Below are positions 25,300 through 34,058 of a stretch of DNA of 38,240 bases, piece after piece. A program made the position numbers and the translations under genes. The DNA comes from a virus (taxonomy: Duplodnaviria; Caudoviricetes): the IMG/VR virus record IMGVR_UViG_3300020043_004889, positions 1 through 38,240 of that record, one strand, 5' to 3'. The notes below the pieces were generated by a model. It was not told the DNA's origin. It searched no databases and was given only the letters and a program-made list of their open reading frames with translations. Within the stretch, counting starts at the first letter, position 1. Each line of letters starts with the position of its first letter.

Positions 25300-25535
25300 T
25301 TGATTATTTCGATTAAAAATTTCAACTCATCAATTGATATTTCTCTGACTAAATTATGATGTCTATATAGTTTTAGTTCATGCGTTTCAATATCCCAGTC
25401 AACTGCATAGCTGTGCTTTAATTTTAAGTGAACAATGAAGTAATTGTATCCCATGTGCATAAACCAAACTGGGTCATTTGATTCAATTCTTTTGAATCCA
25501 AGTTCAATGGCTTCTGTGTAAGTTAATTTTTTCAT
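25296..25535 (-). CDS. Hypothetical AT-rich protein
   Basis: 79 aa, ATGA overlaps at both ends. Confidence 0.65.
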   Translation of the reverse strand: MKKLTYTEAIELGFKRIESNDPVWFMHMGYNYFIVHLKLKHSYAVDWDIETHELKLYRHHNLVREISIDELKFLIEIIK

Positions 25536-25678
25536 AGCGGTGTCACTTTGAATTTACCATCATTATATCGACCCGTCTCAATCAGGTCCATCTTTTTCCA
25601 GTATGCCAATGATTTGCTGGTGAATATCCACTCTTGCACGACTGCGAGCCCGATGTGGTATGTAAGTTTGAATCTCAT
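25532..25678 (-). CDS. 48 aa hypothetical protein, not in the ORF track
   Basis: Hand translation MRFKLTYHIGLAVVQEWIFTSKSLAYWKKMDLIETGRYNDGKFKVTPL*; ATGA overlaps. Confidence 0.6.
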   Translation of the reverse strand: MRFKLTYHIGLAVVQEWIFTSKSLAYWKKMDLIETGRYNDGKFKVTPL

Positions 25679-25785
25679 ATCTCTTGCATTTTGATTTCAC
25701 AAATTCTGTTGTATAGATCGTGGTCGAATGATGTCCAGAATCGGTTGCGCTGGTAGTGACTAAATGCACCACCACTCGTCATCAT
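25675..25785 (-). CDS. ~36 aa hypothetical protein (C-terminal part of track ORF 25675..25950)
   Basis: MMTSGGAFSHYQRNRFWTSFDHDLYNRICEIKMQEI fills the gap and is coupled to the next gene. Confidence 0.45.
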   Translation of the reverse strand: MMTSGGAFSHYQRNRFWTSFDHDLYNRICEIKMQEI

Positions 25786-26080
25786 CCTCTCTTGGGTCAT
25801 AGTTGTAGCACTCGAAAGCGAACTCGTGGAAGTTCTCGGTTGCGCTGTCAAGAAGTTCTTGCATTGCCTCATCGCACTCTTTAAGGGTGAGGTCTTTAAG
25901 CCATTCGGTTGATTCAATAGTCCATTCTTCATAGTTGTTGTTTTTGTCAAAGCTGTAATTTAAATTAATTGTGCCGATGTGTTCATCATCCTGGCGAGTG
26001 TACACATCAACGATGATACTGTTGGCTGAGGCATTAGATGACTCCTCTGCAAACCAATACTTATTTTCCGTATTTTTCAT
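25760..26080 (-). CDS. Acidic hypothetical early protein
   Basis: 106 aa, Asp/Glu-rich. Confidence 0.65.
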   Translation of the reverse strand: MKNTENKYWFAEESSNASANSIIVDVYTRQDDEHIGTINLNYSFDKNNNYEEWTIESTEWLKDLTLKECDEAMQELLDSATENFHEFAFECYNYDPREDDDEWWCI

Positions 26081-26300
26081 GATAGATTCTGTTTACATAT
26101 TTATCAAATGAAGATGGCAGCTCATAGCTCTGCTCTTGATAGGTTTGTGGGTCGATGCTTGGATGGTCCATCACTGGTCTTGATACGGTTGTCGTCAACC
26201 AAAATAAAAATGCAAGTCCGGCAACCATCACAGCTGCACCACCAATAAACTGACGCTCATCTTGGTTGAGGTCAGCGAATAGAAATTTAATTGTTTTCAT
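26061..26300 (-). CDS. Hypothetical single-TM early protein
   Basis: 79 aa with hydrophobic FIGGAAVMVAGLAFLFWL. Confidence 0.65.
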   Translation of the reverse strand: MKTIKFLFADLNQDERQFIGGAAVMVAGLAFLFWLTTTVSRPVMDHPSIDPQTYQEQSYELPSSFDKYVNRIYHEKYGK

Positions 26301-26463
26301 TCTCTTCGATTGTATCTAAAATGTTTACGATTGCACCCCATCTCGCTTGGGTGTTTAGCGTTCCTCTGTCAGTAGCTCCGAATGCTGCACGCAATTCAAG
26401 AAGCTCGGTGTAGAGCTCAGCCTCTTGGGCTTTTAGTAGGTCGATTATTTGTTCTTTGTTCAT
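26287..26463 (-). CDS. First gene of the early operon (likely start MNKEQ, 58 aa)
   Basis: A-rich initiation region aaacaaaaacaatttattATG; TATATTCG -7-like box just upstream. Confidence 0.6.
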   Translation of the reverse strand: MNKEQIIDLLKAQEAELYTELLELRAAFGATDRGTLNTQARWGAIVNILDTIEENENN

Positions 26464-26565
26464 AATAAATTGTTTTTGTTTCTGCGAATATACGCAACAT
26501 TTGCAAATATGTTCACTTTTGTAAACAAATTTTTTATTTTTTTTCACATTTATTTTTGAAGTGTA

Positions 26566-26690
26566 AGGTTTTACCCTGATTTTGTGACAAAATTCGTCAG
26601 GTTTTACCCTTATTTTGTGACATGAGTACCCGAAAAGGTGCAATATAATGTGCATTTAATCGGAATATACCCGATTTGGTATAATATAAT
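26566..26690. repeat. Two pairs of direct repeats in the late/early intergenic region
   Basis: aggttttaccct(g/t)attttgtgaca at 26566 and 26599; tacccga-NNN-ggt-NN-aatataat at 26627 and 26668. Confidence 0.85.
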
Positions 26691-26694
26691 TGAC

Positions 26695-26718
26695 AAAAAA
26701 GGGAGCCCGAAAGCTCCC
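26695..26718 (-). terminator. Intrinsic terminator ending the lysis/late operon
   Basis: Minus strand gggagc-tttcgg-gctccc followed by T6. Confidence 0.85.
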
Positions 26719-26749
26719 CAAAACAACGTATTATGAATACGGCACTAAG

Positions 26750-27628
26750 TTACAAAGGAAATTTGATTGAATCGATAGACTTGGCGGTTTTTTTAGACTT
26801 ATCTTCCTCATATCGGATGCATTCAATTGTAAGTATGCGCCCTCCAGTTGGCTTGATTGGAGCACCACGCTCAACGTGCCACCCTTTTGAGCCATCACCA
26901 TACTCTTCCTTATATGTACCAGTGAGCATGAGATGGATGTCTTTGTGATGATGGCGATATCCGGTCTTTGCATGGAAGCTAACGGTGTCACGCACATCAT
27001 TTCGGGCAGCGTTCTCGTGGATGTGACCCATCGTGAACACATCGAAGTCCTCATACATCTCAAGAGCACGAGTCAAGTTGAGTGCTCCCTTGGTAACTAC
27101 ACCACCACCACCACTGCCGTGAAAGTATTTGATTTTTGTAGTCATCTGAACATTGCCGCTGAATATTTGGCGAATAATCAGCCAACCACCATATCCGCCA
27201 GTGAACACATTACTCCCAGCTTTGTAGTTGAGTAGGTCAACGAATCGCTGTAGAAGGTCGGTCTCTTGGTGTTTGATGATTGCGGTCTCGTGGTTGCCGT
27301 ATCCGATGACAGTCAGAATGTGAGCATAGGGAAGAAACCACTCAACAGCGGTCTCAACCACTGAGTCGAGGTACTTTGCATTGTTGTGCTCTGGTCGGAT
27401 ATCGGACTTGTTACCTCTGCGATCACCCTTACCTTGCATGAGGCAGAACATATCGCCATTTATCATCACCGGGATGTTGTGCTCAAGACAATAGTCGAGG
27501 TCACGCTTTAGAATCTTCCAATCACTTTTGGGATTGTCCCAGTGGAGGTCTGACAGCATCGCTATCTTTACCAAGTTGCCATCGAGCTGGAGCTCGTGTA
27601 TATTCTTGGCATGTTTTTTTAATATCAT
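26750..27628 (-). CDS. Calcineurin-like metallophosphoesterase
   Basis: All five motifs present: SDLH, GD, GNHE, HG, GHIH. Confidence 0.9.
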   Translation of the reverse strand: MILKKHAKNIHELQLDGNLVKIAMLSDLHWDNPKSDWKILKRDLDYCLEHNIPVMINGDMFCLMQGKGDRRGNKSDIRPEHNNAKYLDSVVETAVEWFLPYAHILTVIGYGNHETAIIKHQETDLLQRFVDLLNYKAGSNVFTGGYGGWLIIRQIFSGNVQMTTKIKYFHGSGGGGVVTKGALNLTRALEMYEDFDVFTMGHIHENAARNDVRDTVSFHAKTGYRHHHKDIHLMLTGTYKEEYGDGSKGWHVERGAPIKPTGGRILTIECIRYEEDKSKKTAKSIDSIKFPL

Positions 27629-28047
27629 ATATTGAATTTAGAGTATCTGAATAGATACATTGTTCCCATCCCAATCACAAAGCCGAGAATCAGCACCCAA
27701 AAAACGGGCTTTTCTTTCTGTGATTTGTACTTTGCCACCTCAATCTTCTGCACCTGGCGAATGGTGTCACGCTTGAGCTTATAATGAATGCGCTCCTGGT
27801 ACTTTGTCAATGGCACAAAAGACGTCTTGTAACGCACGATTGTGTCTTTGGTGGTGTGATAGTACTCGTACACAATCTTATTGTCTACAATCACCGGAAA
27901 AGAGTCCACTGAAGTGATACGGATGGTATCAGCTACGCTGTCGCATCGGTATCCTTTCTTCATTGCTTTGCGCACATGATAGTTGGCAGTGCAAGATGTC
28001 GCAAATATTGTCACAATTAGTGACAGAATGGTGACTAAATTCCTCAT
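27625..28047 (-). CDS. Lipoprotein with C-terminal TM, candidate unimolecular spanin
   Basis: Signal peptide ending FATSC (lipobox-like) plus C-terminal VFWVLILGFVIGMGTMYLF; directly after the endolysin. Confidence 0.65.
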   Translation of the reverse strand: MRNLVTILSLIVTIFATSCTANYHVRKAMKKGYRCDSVADTIRITSVDSFPVIVDNKIVYEYYHTTKDTIVRYKTSFVPLTKYQERIHYKLKRDTIRQVQKIEVAKYKSQKEKPVFWVLILGFVIGMGTMYLFRYSKFNI

Positions 28048-28691
28048 AAGCTCTTTAGCATTTCAATCATTCGTGGGCATGGATAGATGTCACTCTTGTC
28101 CTTTCTGACCGAATTGTGAGTATATATGCCAGGAGTGCCCATGAATGCCTCCTTATCAAGTGAGAATATCTGCTCTCTATATTCATTTGGTATGCCATAT
28201 GTCTTGCACAAATACACCACCAATTGACGAGTGCTTTCGATTTGAGCATCTGTATATTTATACCAGTGCTTGAATCCCTTGAATGGTTCGTCCAAAGTGG
28301 TGACCATAGAGTCAGGCACTCTGGCACCAACATAGTTGTAGAATTTACCATCCTTTTCCTTGAGATATCCCCAGTTGCATACCTCGATTCCAACAGATGT
28401 CTTGTCAAGATTTCGATATGGCGCACCTTGACCTTTGAATTCTGATTTACTGATGCCGAGATGCCATGCCCAATGCTTGGAGCTGAAGCACTGCACAATC
28501 AATCCATCCTGACCAACCACAAAAGCAGTGGCTACTCTGTCGCTGGTGCCATTCCAATACCTACTAACTGCCTCAGCATTGCCGTTGCCAGCGGTGTGGT
28601 GTAGATAGATTTGATTCTTGGCTGATTCCTCTGCAAAGAACTGCGAATCTTTGAGCCTTACTTGCTTGATTTTGGAGATGTCTAATTCCAT
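28044..28691 (-). CDS. Endolysin, N-acetylmuramoyl-L-alanine amidase (Amidase_2 type)
   Basis: IYLHHTAG, AWHLG, SVGIEV, YTDAQIES and THNSVRKDKSD motifs. Confidence 0.88.
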   Translation of the reverse strand: MELDISKIKQVRLKDSQFFAEESAKNQIYLHHTAGNGNAEAVSRYWNGTSDRVATAFVVGQDGLIVQCFSSKHWAWHLGISKSEFKGQGAPYRNLDKTSVGIEVCNWGYLKEKDGKFYNYVGARVPDSMVTTLDEPFKGFKHWYKYTDAQIESTRQLVVYLCKTYGIPNEYREQIFSLDKEAFMGTPGIYTHNSVRKDKSDIYPCPRMIEMLKSL

Positions 28692-28769
28692 AGTCTTTAA
28701 AAATATACCCCGACAACAGTATCATCGGGGGGTTCTCTGTGTTCGTTTATAGCGAGCAGTCGAGTGGAG

Positions 28770-29195
28770 TTACTTCCAGCTGTCGAGTTCTTCTTTTGAT
28801 CGTGTGACGAATTTACGCATCGCAGCCAGGATGTTCTTGCCCGTCACGCTTTCATATGATTCGTTTATACTTTTGACTTCCACTATCACGCAAAAGAAAG
28901 CCACAAATTTTGTCATGATGAGCTCCACAGAAATGAAGTGAGCGATGATATCACCAGCGATGTACTTCTCAATCAAGAATGTGAATATGATGCCACCAGA
29001 GTAAAGCAGTGACTTGCCGATTGTATCGGATAGCCTTCGAGATTTGAATGCTTTCCATCCTCCTTTTGTAACGCTGCGCCATACTCCAAATATGGTGTCA
29101 ATGAATATGGCAAGAATGGCAATCAATACCATTGGTTGTACTGGTGCGAGTATGGTGAGGAATGAAGCGGTCAAAATAAAAAGGCTGTTTTTCAT
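28770..29195 (-). CDS. Holin (Phage_holin_4_1-like; likely start MKNSLF, 141 aa)
   Basis: About three TM segments; D...GVW, SRRL..TI.K and E.KSINE motifs; upstream of the endolysin; TGATG coupling. Confidence 0.8.
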   Translation of the reverse strand: MKNSLFILTASFLTILAPVQPMVLIAILAIFIDTIFGVWRSVTKGGWKAFKSRRLSDTIGKSLLYSGGIIFTFLIEKYIAGDIIAHFISVELIMTKFVAFFCVIVEVKSINESYESVTGKNILAAMRKFVTRSKEELDSWK

Positions 29196-29761
29196 CAGAT
29201 TACGAGAATTTGATTGTTGTATCCGTTGTTGCGTGGGTAGCCGCAATTCCATACACCATCCATGAAGCAATCACCGATGCACTGATTGCATTCGATTTGT
29301 GGTCGAAGGTCAGTGTCACGATTCTCATGGCTGATGAAGATAGGATATTCTGCTCGGTTTTTCACCAGGTATCTGATGAGGCGCATCTCAAAGAATGAAG
29401 CCTTCTGTGCATAGTGCTCCATTCCGAATGCGACCTCACTGCGAGATACGCTTGAGCTATTATCTCCGAATTGAGTCTGGAGTCCTTTGTTCTTGAGCTG
29501 ATATGTCAAGCCAAAAACTGCATCTTCAGCAGACCTCCATGCGATGACCGGCTGAATGAAAGTCACGAGCTGCTCCTCTTCAGGAGTCAAGGTCTGGTCA
29601 TTGTATGCCTCGAGCAAATGGTTGTAGAATACGGTACCAAGTATCGGCATCACTCTGAGCTGTGCTTGAGTTGCCACATATGGGAACACATCAGTCACAT
29701 CCACATTGGCGGTGATTGGTGTGTTTGTCTTGAGATAGTTCTCTGTAATAAAGTACAACAT
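29195..29761 (-). CDS. Putative head-tail connector/adaptor protein
   Basis: 188 aa directly after the portal; AQ....PILGT.FY..L and YL..N...YP motifs. Confidence 0.65.
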   Translation of the reverse strand: MLYFITENYLKTNTPITANVDVTDVFPYVATQAQLRVMPILGTVFYNHLLEAYNDQTLTPEEEQLVTFIQPVIAWRSAEDAVFGLTYQLKNKGLQTQFGDNSSSVSRSEVAFGMEHYAQKASFFEMRLIRYLVKNRAEYPIFISHENRDTDLRPQIECNQCIGDCFMDGVWNCGYPRNNGYNNQILVI

Positions 29762-31098
29762 TAGAATTGAGGTATTTGAGGTTGTGCTGCTGCTGCTTGT
29801 GCTGCTGTGACGTCACCACCTTCAATCGGTGGGAGTGATGCCAGTGCTCTGACCTCGTTGGTGGTCATCTGCTCGAGTACTTTGGTGGCAACCAATGGGC
29901 TCATTGCGTTGAGTGCATCAGATGTTCTGCTCGCATCTCCTTCGATTTCAACGATTGACTCATTGATGATTTGGAAGTTGTTGATTTTGAAGTCAGCAAA
30001 TCCGAGCTTGGCGATGTGTAGAATCTCATTGAAGATATCTTGCACTTGCTCACGCAATGGCATCACGACATTCTTTTCAAATATGATGTATGCTTGCTTG
30101 ATATCGCTACCAGAACCAAGTGAGCCAGTGGTGCGGACACCCATCAAGATTGGGTCAATGGTGTGAGCGAAGCAGATTTGCTCTGTGTTCAACGCAGATG
30201 CTTCCTGGAAGAGTTTGTCATTCGAGTTGGTTGGAATGCTTTCAATCTTTGGAAGCTGGTCTTGTGAGTTCGCAAAAAATGCGGCAGTCTTTCCAGCGTT
30301 CTGGCTTCCCTTAAGCTTGTCGATGGTGTTTCTCAGTACGTTCTTTTCTTCTTCTGATTGCGGACGTTTTGGGAACATGATCGCAAAAGATGGGAAGATG
30401 CTATTCTGAATGTTGCTCTTTGCAAAAAATGAAAGGTCGCCACTCAAAAATGCGAAGTTAAGTGCAGAGCTGTACTTTGGAAGCGGATACCAATCTTGTC
30501 CAAGTGTCTCAACCTCATAGACAAATAACTGCTCTGTGTCAGTGCAAGTCGGGTGATGACGTTTGATTTCTTGAACGTTGATTCGAGCCGACCAATCCTC
30601 ACAGATGAAGTACTGATTGTGCTGACGTCCACGTCTCACTTTCTCTGGCGATACGTTATGAGCTCTCTTGAGCTTCATTTTGTCATCAAATACCAGGCGA
30701 AAGTATACACGATTGTGCACAACCAACTGCTCAGTGACTGCTCTTGCAATCTTTTTGATGTTGACTTTCTTTTCGAATGTGTAGAGGTCAAGCAAATCTT
30801 TGGCAGTTGCGCCCTCAACTTTGATGTCGAAGCCACCACCGATGACAGCATTGGTCTTATAGTCCACGATGGAACCATGAAGCGGTGAGCTGAACACCAT
30901 TTGATTGAGAAGCTCTGGATACATATTGTCCTGACCAAATGGAATCCATCCAGCAGTGGTATATCTGCCGTTGACGTATGGCAAAGAAAGGTTTGCGCCA
31001 CCAACTTTCAAGAATGGTGTGCTGAATGCCTCATAATTTGGCGAGATGACTTCCATCTCTGCTGGTTTTTGTGCTCTGAATCTATCGAATATGCCCAT
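29761..31098 (-). CDS. Portal protein (copy 2)
   Basis: Close homolog of 397..1737. Confidence 0.85.
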   Translation of the reverse strand: MGIFDRFRAQKPAEMEVISPNYEAFSTPFLKVGGANLSLPYVNGRYTTAGWIPFGQDNMYPELLNQMVFSSPLHGSIVDYKTNAVIGGGFDIKVEGATAKDLLDLYTFEKKVNIKKIARAVTEQLVVHNRVYFRLVFDDKMKLKRAHNVSPEKVRRGRQHNQYFICEDWSARINVQEIKRHHPTCTDTEQLFVYEVETLGQDWYPLPKYSSALNFAFLSGDLSFFAKSNIQNSIFPSFAIMFPKRPQSEEEKNVLRNTIDKLKGSQNAGKTAAFFANSQDQLPKIESIPTNSNDKLFQEASALNTEQICFAHTIDPILMGVRTTGSLGSGSDIKQAYIIFEKNVVMPLREQVQDIFNEILHIAKLGFADFKINNFQIINESIVEIEGDASRTSDALNAMSPLVATKVLEQMTTNEVRALASLPPIEGGDVTAAQAAAAQPQIPQF

Positions 31099-31100
31099 GA

Positions 31101-31442
31101 TTAATCGTAAATTGATGATGTCGATGCGCCACTCACAACCATTCTGCCCTCCTCAATGACCACTCCAGTGGTGTCACTGATTTCTGTGGGAGGTATGGTT
31201 GATTCGTACACCGAGTATGTATATTGTCCCTTCATTAGCTCGACATCAACTGGCTCATCCAGGTAAAAGAGATTGAATCTCTCTGGATAATCAGACTCGT
31301 CTGGTGCTGTGAAGAGGATTGGGTCGGATGTTGGGTTCATTTCGTTCTGAAAAACGAACAAATAAAATGGCGAAGTCAATGTCGACACCTCTGTCAGTGT
31401 CAGCACAATCGAATTCACCTCTCCCTTGTTTATGTAAATCAT
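31101..31442 (-). CDS. Conserved virion-module protein (copy 2)
   Basis: Homolog of 1740..2081. Confidence 0.75.
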   Translation of the reverse strand: MIYINKGEVNSIVLTLTEVSTLTSPFYLFVFQNEMNPTSDPILFTAPDESDYPERFNLFYLDEPVDVELMKGQYTYSVYESTIPPTEISDTTGVVIEEGRMVVSGASTSSIYD

Positions 31443-31445
31443 TTA

Positions 31446-31475
31446 CTTATATTGCAAAAGGGTTAAATTTTGTTC
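31446..31475 (-). promoter_or_regulatory. Putative late promoter (copy 2)
   Basis: Identical to 2085..2114. Confidence 0.7.
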
Positions 31476-31477
31476 AC

Positions 31478-31505
31478 AAAAAAAAAGCCACCCGGTTGGA
31501 TGGCT
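31478..31505 (-). terminator. Intrinsic terminator (copy 2)
   Basis: Same stem as 2117..2144 with a different loop. Confidence 0.85.
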
Positions 31506-31527
31506 CTTTGTAGTAGGTTAATTAAGA

Positions 31528-32049
31528 TTAAGCAATGACAGCATTCACAGCAGCTGCTTCAATCTCGTATGCAAGGAAGTCATTCTCTGCGATCAATGTC
31601 ACAGAGTATTTGCTACCATCTGCACGAGTTGTTCCAGAACCTTCACCCACAGCACTCAATTGAAGATATGGGAAGTACCAGTACTTTCCGTTCATATCCT
31701 TAACGATTGCGTTGAGGTATTGTTGACCAGCACCCAAGATTTTGATTGCTTGAGATTTGTCCTGGTCTCTGCGGTGGAACATCAATGAGATTGTTGCAGT
31801 CACATAAGATGAACCGTTAACGAGGTCGATGGCAGCATCTTCAACATAGCTTCCAGTGTTTCTGCGTATCTCGAATGGAGTATAGTCAGGAGCACCACCA
31901 GCTAAAGTGATAGCATCGATTGTCCATGTGTTGGTTGCATCCAAAGTGAATGAAGCAATATTGTCTTGCTGATTAATCCAAATCTTCTCGATGCCACCAC
32001 TATTGTTGTCGCACGATTTTACGATTGTTTCTAAAGCTTCACAAGCCAT
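31528..32049 (-). CDS. Putative major tail protein (copy 2)
   Basis: Homolog of 2167..2694. Confidence 0.55.
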   Translation of the reverse strand: MACEALETIVKSCDNNSGGIEKIWINQQDNIASFTLDATNTWTIDAITLAGGAPDYTPFEIRRNTGSYVEDAAIDLVNGSSYVTATISLMFHRRDQDKSQAIKILGAGQQYLNAIVKDMNGKYWYFPYLQLSAVGEGSGTTRADGSKYSVTLIAENDFLAYEIEAAAVNAVIA

Positions 32050-32072
32050 AATATTTTTGATTTATCAGTTTG

Positions 32073-32098
32073 AAAAATAGGGGGGAATTTCACCCCCC
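32073..32098 (-). terminator. Intrinsic terminator after the capsid gene (copy 2)
   Basis: G6/C6 stem plus T tract, as at 2715..2742. Confidence 0.8.
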
Positions 32099-32106
32099 GA
32101 AATCTA

Positions 32107-33027
32107 TTAAGAGTAGAGAACTACTTCAGCACCGTTAACGTGAACGAAACCAACTTTCATGTTGGCACGAGTACGGATGTACGGCTCAGCAACTGTGTCA
32201 GAAAGGTTGACAGCTTTCAACGCTTTGTCATCACCTTCAGCATCGAATGCATAGATAAGGTTGTCTTTCAAAGTCAAGACAGCTGTGTTTGCTGGCATAC
32301 CTTCACAAACAACAACTTTCACACCAAGGTAAGTCAATGCCAATGGAGTAGTCACATATGTCATGGTGTTGCCAGTAGCAGCAGCCAATTCGTATGCGTT
32401 AGCGATGTTTGTAGAAACATACAAGCGAAGGTCAGCTTTCTTGCGGATGATGTCAGCTGGAGCAGCAGCGAAGATTTTCGCTAACTCAGCCAATACATTC
32501 GAAGATGTTACAGTTGTATTATCAACGTCAACAACAGTAGCGTCAGCCAATAAGCCTTTGATGTAACCATCGCAAAGAGCTAAAGTAGCATCTTGGCTTG
32601 CTGTGTTACCTTGCCAACGGATAAGCTCGATGTCCTCACCGATTTGCTTCGCCATTTCATTCCAGTAGAAATCCATGAAAGATGCAACTGTGAAGTCACC
32701 ATTTGAACCTTTAGCCATTTGAAGGGCGAGGAATGATTGCTCAAGGTCGAATTGACAGATTTGAGCCATAGCACTCAATGCACATACATCGATTTCAACT
32801 GCGCTCAAGTCATCAGTTGGAGCATCGAATGGGCAAGAAGATGCTTGCAATACATTACCAAAAAGCACAGTCGCTAATTTGGTTTTTGATTTCACACCTG
32901 GTAAAAGGCGGTAGTTGTCAGCGATTGATTCTTCTGCTAAATATGCTTTAGAGTAGAATGCCTCTGGGTTCGCTGCCAATAGAGCGGATGCGTCAACATC
33001 CAAATCGAAACGGAGTTTTCTTGACAT
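32107..33027 (-). CDS. Major capsid protein (copy 2)
   Basis: Homolog of 2750..3670, same length. Confidence 0.85.
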   Translation of the reverse strand: MSRKLRFDLDVDASALLAANPEAFYSKAYLAEESIADNYRLLPGVKSKTKLATVLFGNVLQASSCPFDAPTDDLSAVEIDVCALSAMAQICQFDLEQSFLALQMAKGSNGDFTVASFMDFYWNEMAKQIGEDIELIRWQGNTASQDATLALCDGYIKGLLADATVVDVDNTTVTSSNVLAELAKIFAAAPADIIRKKADLRLYVSTNIANAYELAAATGNTMTYVTTPLALTYLGVKVVVCEGMPANTAVLTLKDNLIYAFDAEGDDKALKAVNLSDTVAEPYIRTRANMKVGFVHVNGAEVVLYS

Positions 33028-33040
33028 TTTTATTTGTTTT

Positions 33041-34015
33041 TTATTGATTACTGAATTGTTTAAATGCGGCAAATTTTTGGCTCATTGTAGCCTCGGCAAT
33101 TTGCTCCTCTGCCTTTTCTTCTTCTTTCTCTGCGTACATCTCTTCCATCTGATTGCGAAGGTCAGCGATGATGGCAATCAATGCCTTCTCACGCTCCTCA
33201 ATCACTGGCATCACGATTGCAAGAATTGCTTCTGCGTCTGTTGCTGGGTCGATAGCCATTGCCTCCTCGGTAGTGGTTGACTCTTCAGTTGTCTCTTCAA
33301 CTGTTGTGTCTTCCATTGCTACTGGCTCAGCAGCCATCTCTTCTTCAACCACTTCAGCAGTTGGTTCTTTTTCCACCTCTTTGATTTCAACAACCTCGCC
33401 GTCTTTCACGACATAGATTTTGTCCTCAATGGTGTGTTCTCCATCAGGTAACTTCATGTTATTTAGTTTAATTTGTTCCGATAACTTGAGACCAAGGAAG
33501 CCTTCAATGGAGAAACCAACTTGACCCTCTTCAACCAATTTGTTGTAGTATTCTGGGTCAGTCACTTGAGCAGTCACCATGAGAGTTCCTTCTGGTACCT
33601 CGATGCCAAATGTGCTAAATGCTTTGTCTTTGGTTGGGTTGTCCACGATCCATGTTTCAAGGATGTAGGCTGGTACCTTCTTTTCTGTATCATGCTCCAG
33701 GTTGAAGATGTCACGATTGCGGAGGTCAGCCATAAACTTAGCATGAATCTTCTCGATAACATCAGCGGTGAACTGCACATAATAGTCACCCTCCTCAGAA
33801 TCTCTGCGATAGATGTCCATTGGTATCATGGCTGGTGCAGTGATGCGATACTTCACATCGTCAGCAAAAAGCATTTTCTTCTCGCTACTGAATGCAAGAC
33901 CCTTCACCTTTATGGCTGGCATATTGGTGAAAGCAATCATTTCGATTCCCAAATTCTCGCCATCGGAGTATTCGTCATCGATGGTGATTTTGTAAATAGG
34001 AAGGTCTTTGGTCAT
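33041..34015 (-). CDS. Prohead protease/scaffold (copy 2)
   Basis: Homolog of 3684..4661. Confidence 0.8.
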   Translation of the reverse strand: MTKDLPIYKITIDDEYSDGENLGIEMIAFTNMPAIKVKGLAFSSEKKMLFADDVKYRITAPAMIPMDIYRRDSEEGDYYVQFTADVIEKIHAKFMADLRNRDIFNLEHDTEKKVPAYILETWIVDNPTKDKAFSTFGIEVPEGTLMVTAQVTDPEYYNKLVEEGQVGFSIEGFLGLKLSEQIKLNNMKLPDGEHTIEDKIYVVKDGEVVEIKEVEKEPTAEVVEEEMAAEPVAMEDTTVEETTEESTTTEEAMAIDPATDAEAILAIVMPVIEEREKALIAIIADLRNQMEEMYAEKEEEKAEEQIAEATMSQKFAAFKQFSNQ

Positions 34016-34016
34016 G

Positions 34017-34045
34017 CTTATATTGCAAATTATTTATCTTTGTTC
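34017..34045. promoter_or_regulatory. Overlapping divergent late (-) and sigma-A (+) promoters (copy 2)
   Basis: cttatattgca at 34017 and tatctttgttc at 34035 are conserved while the spacer changes. Confidence 0.65.
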
Positions 34046-34058
34046 AAAAATTAGTATT

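Noticed and set aside
26566-26690. Possible mini-CRISPR array
   Set aside because: Only two copies of each repeat, spacers of 9 and 18 nt, and no cas genes.
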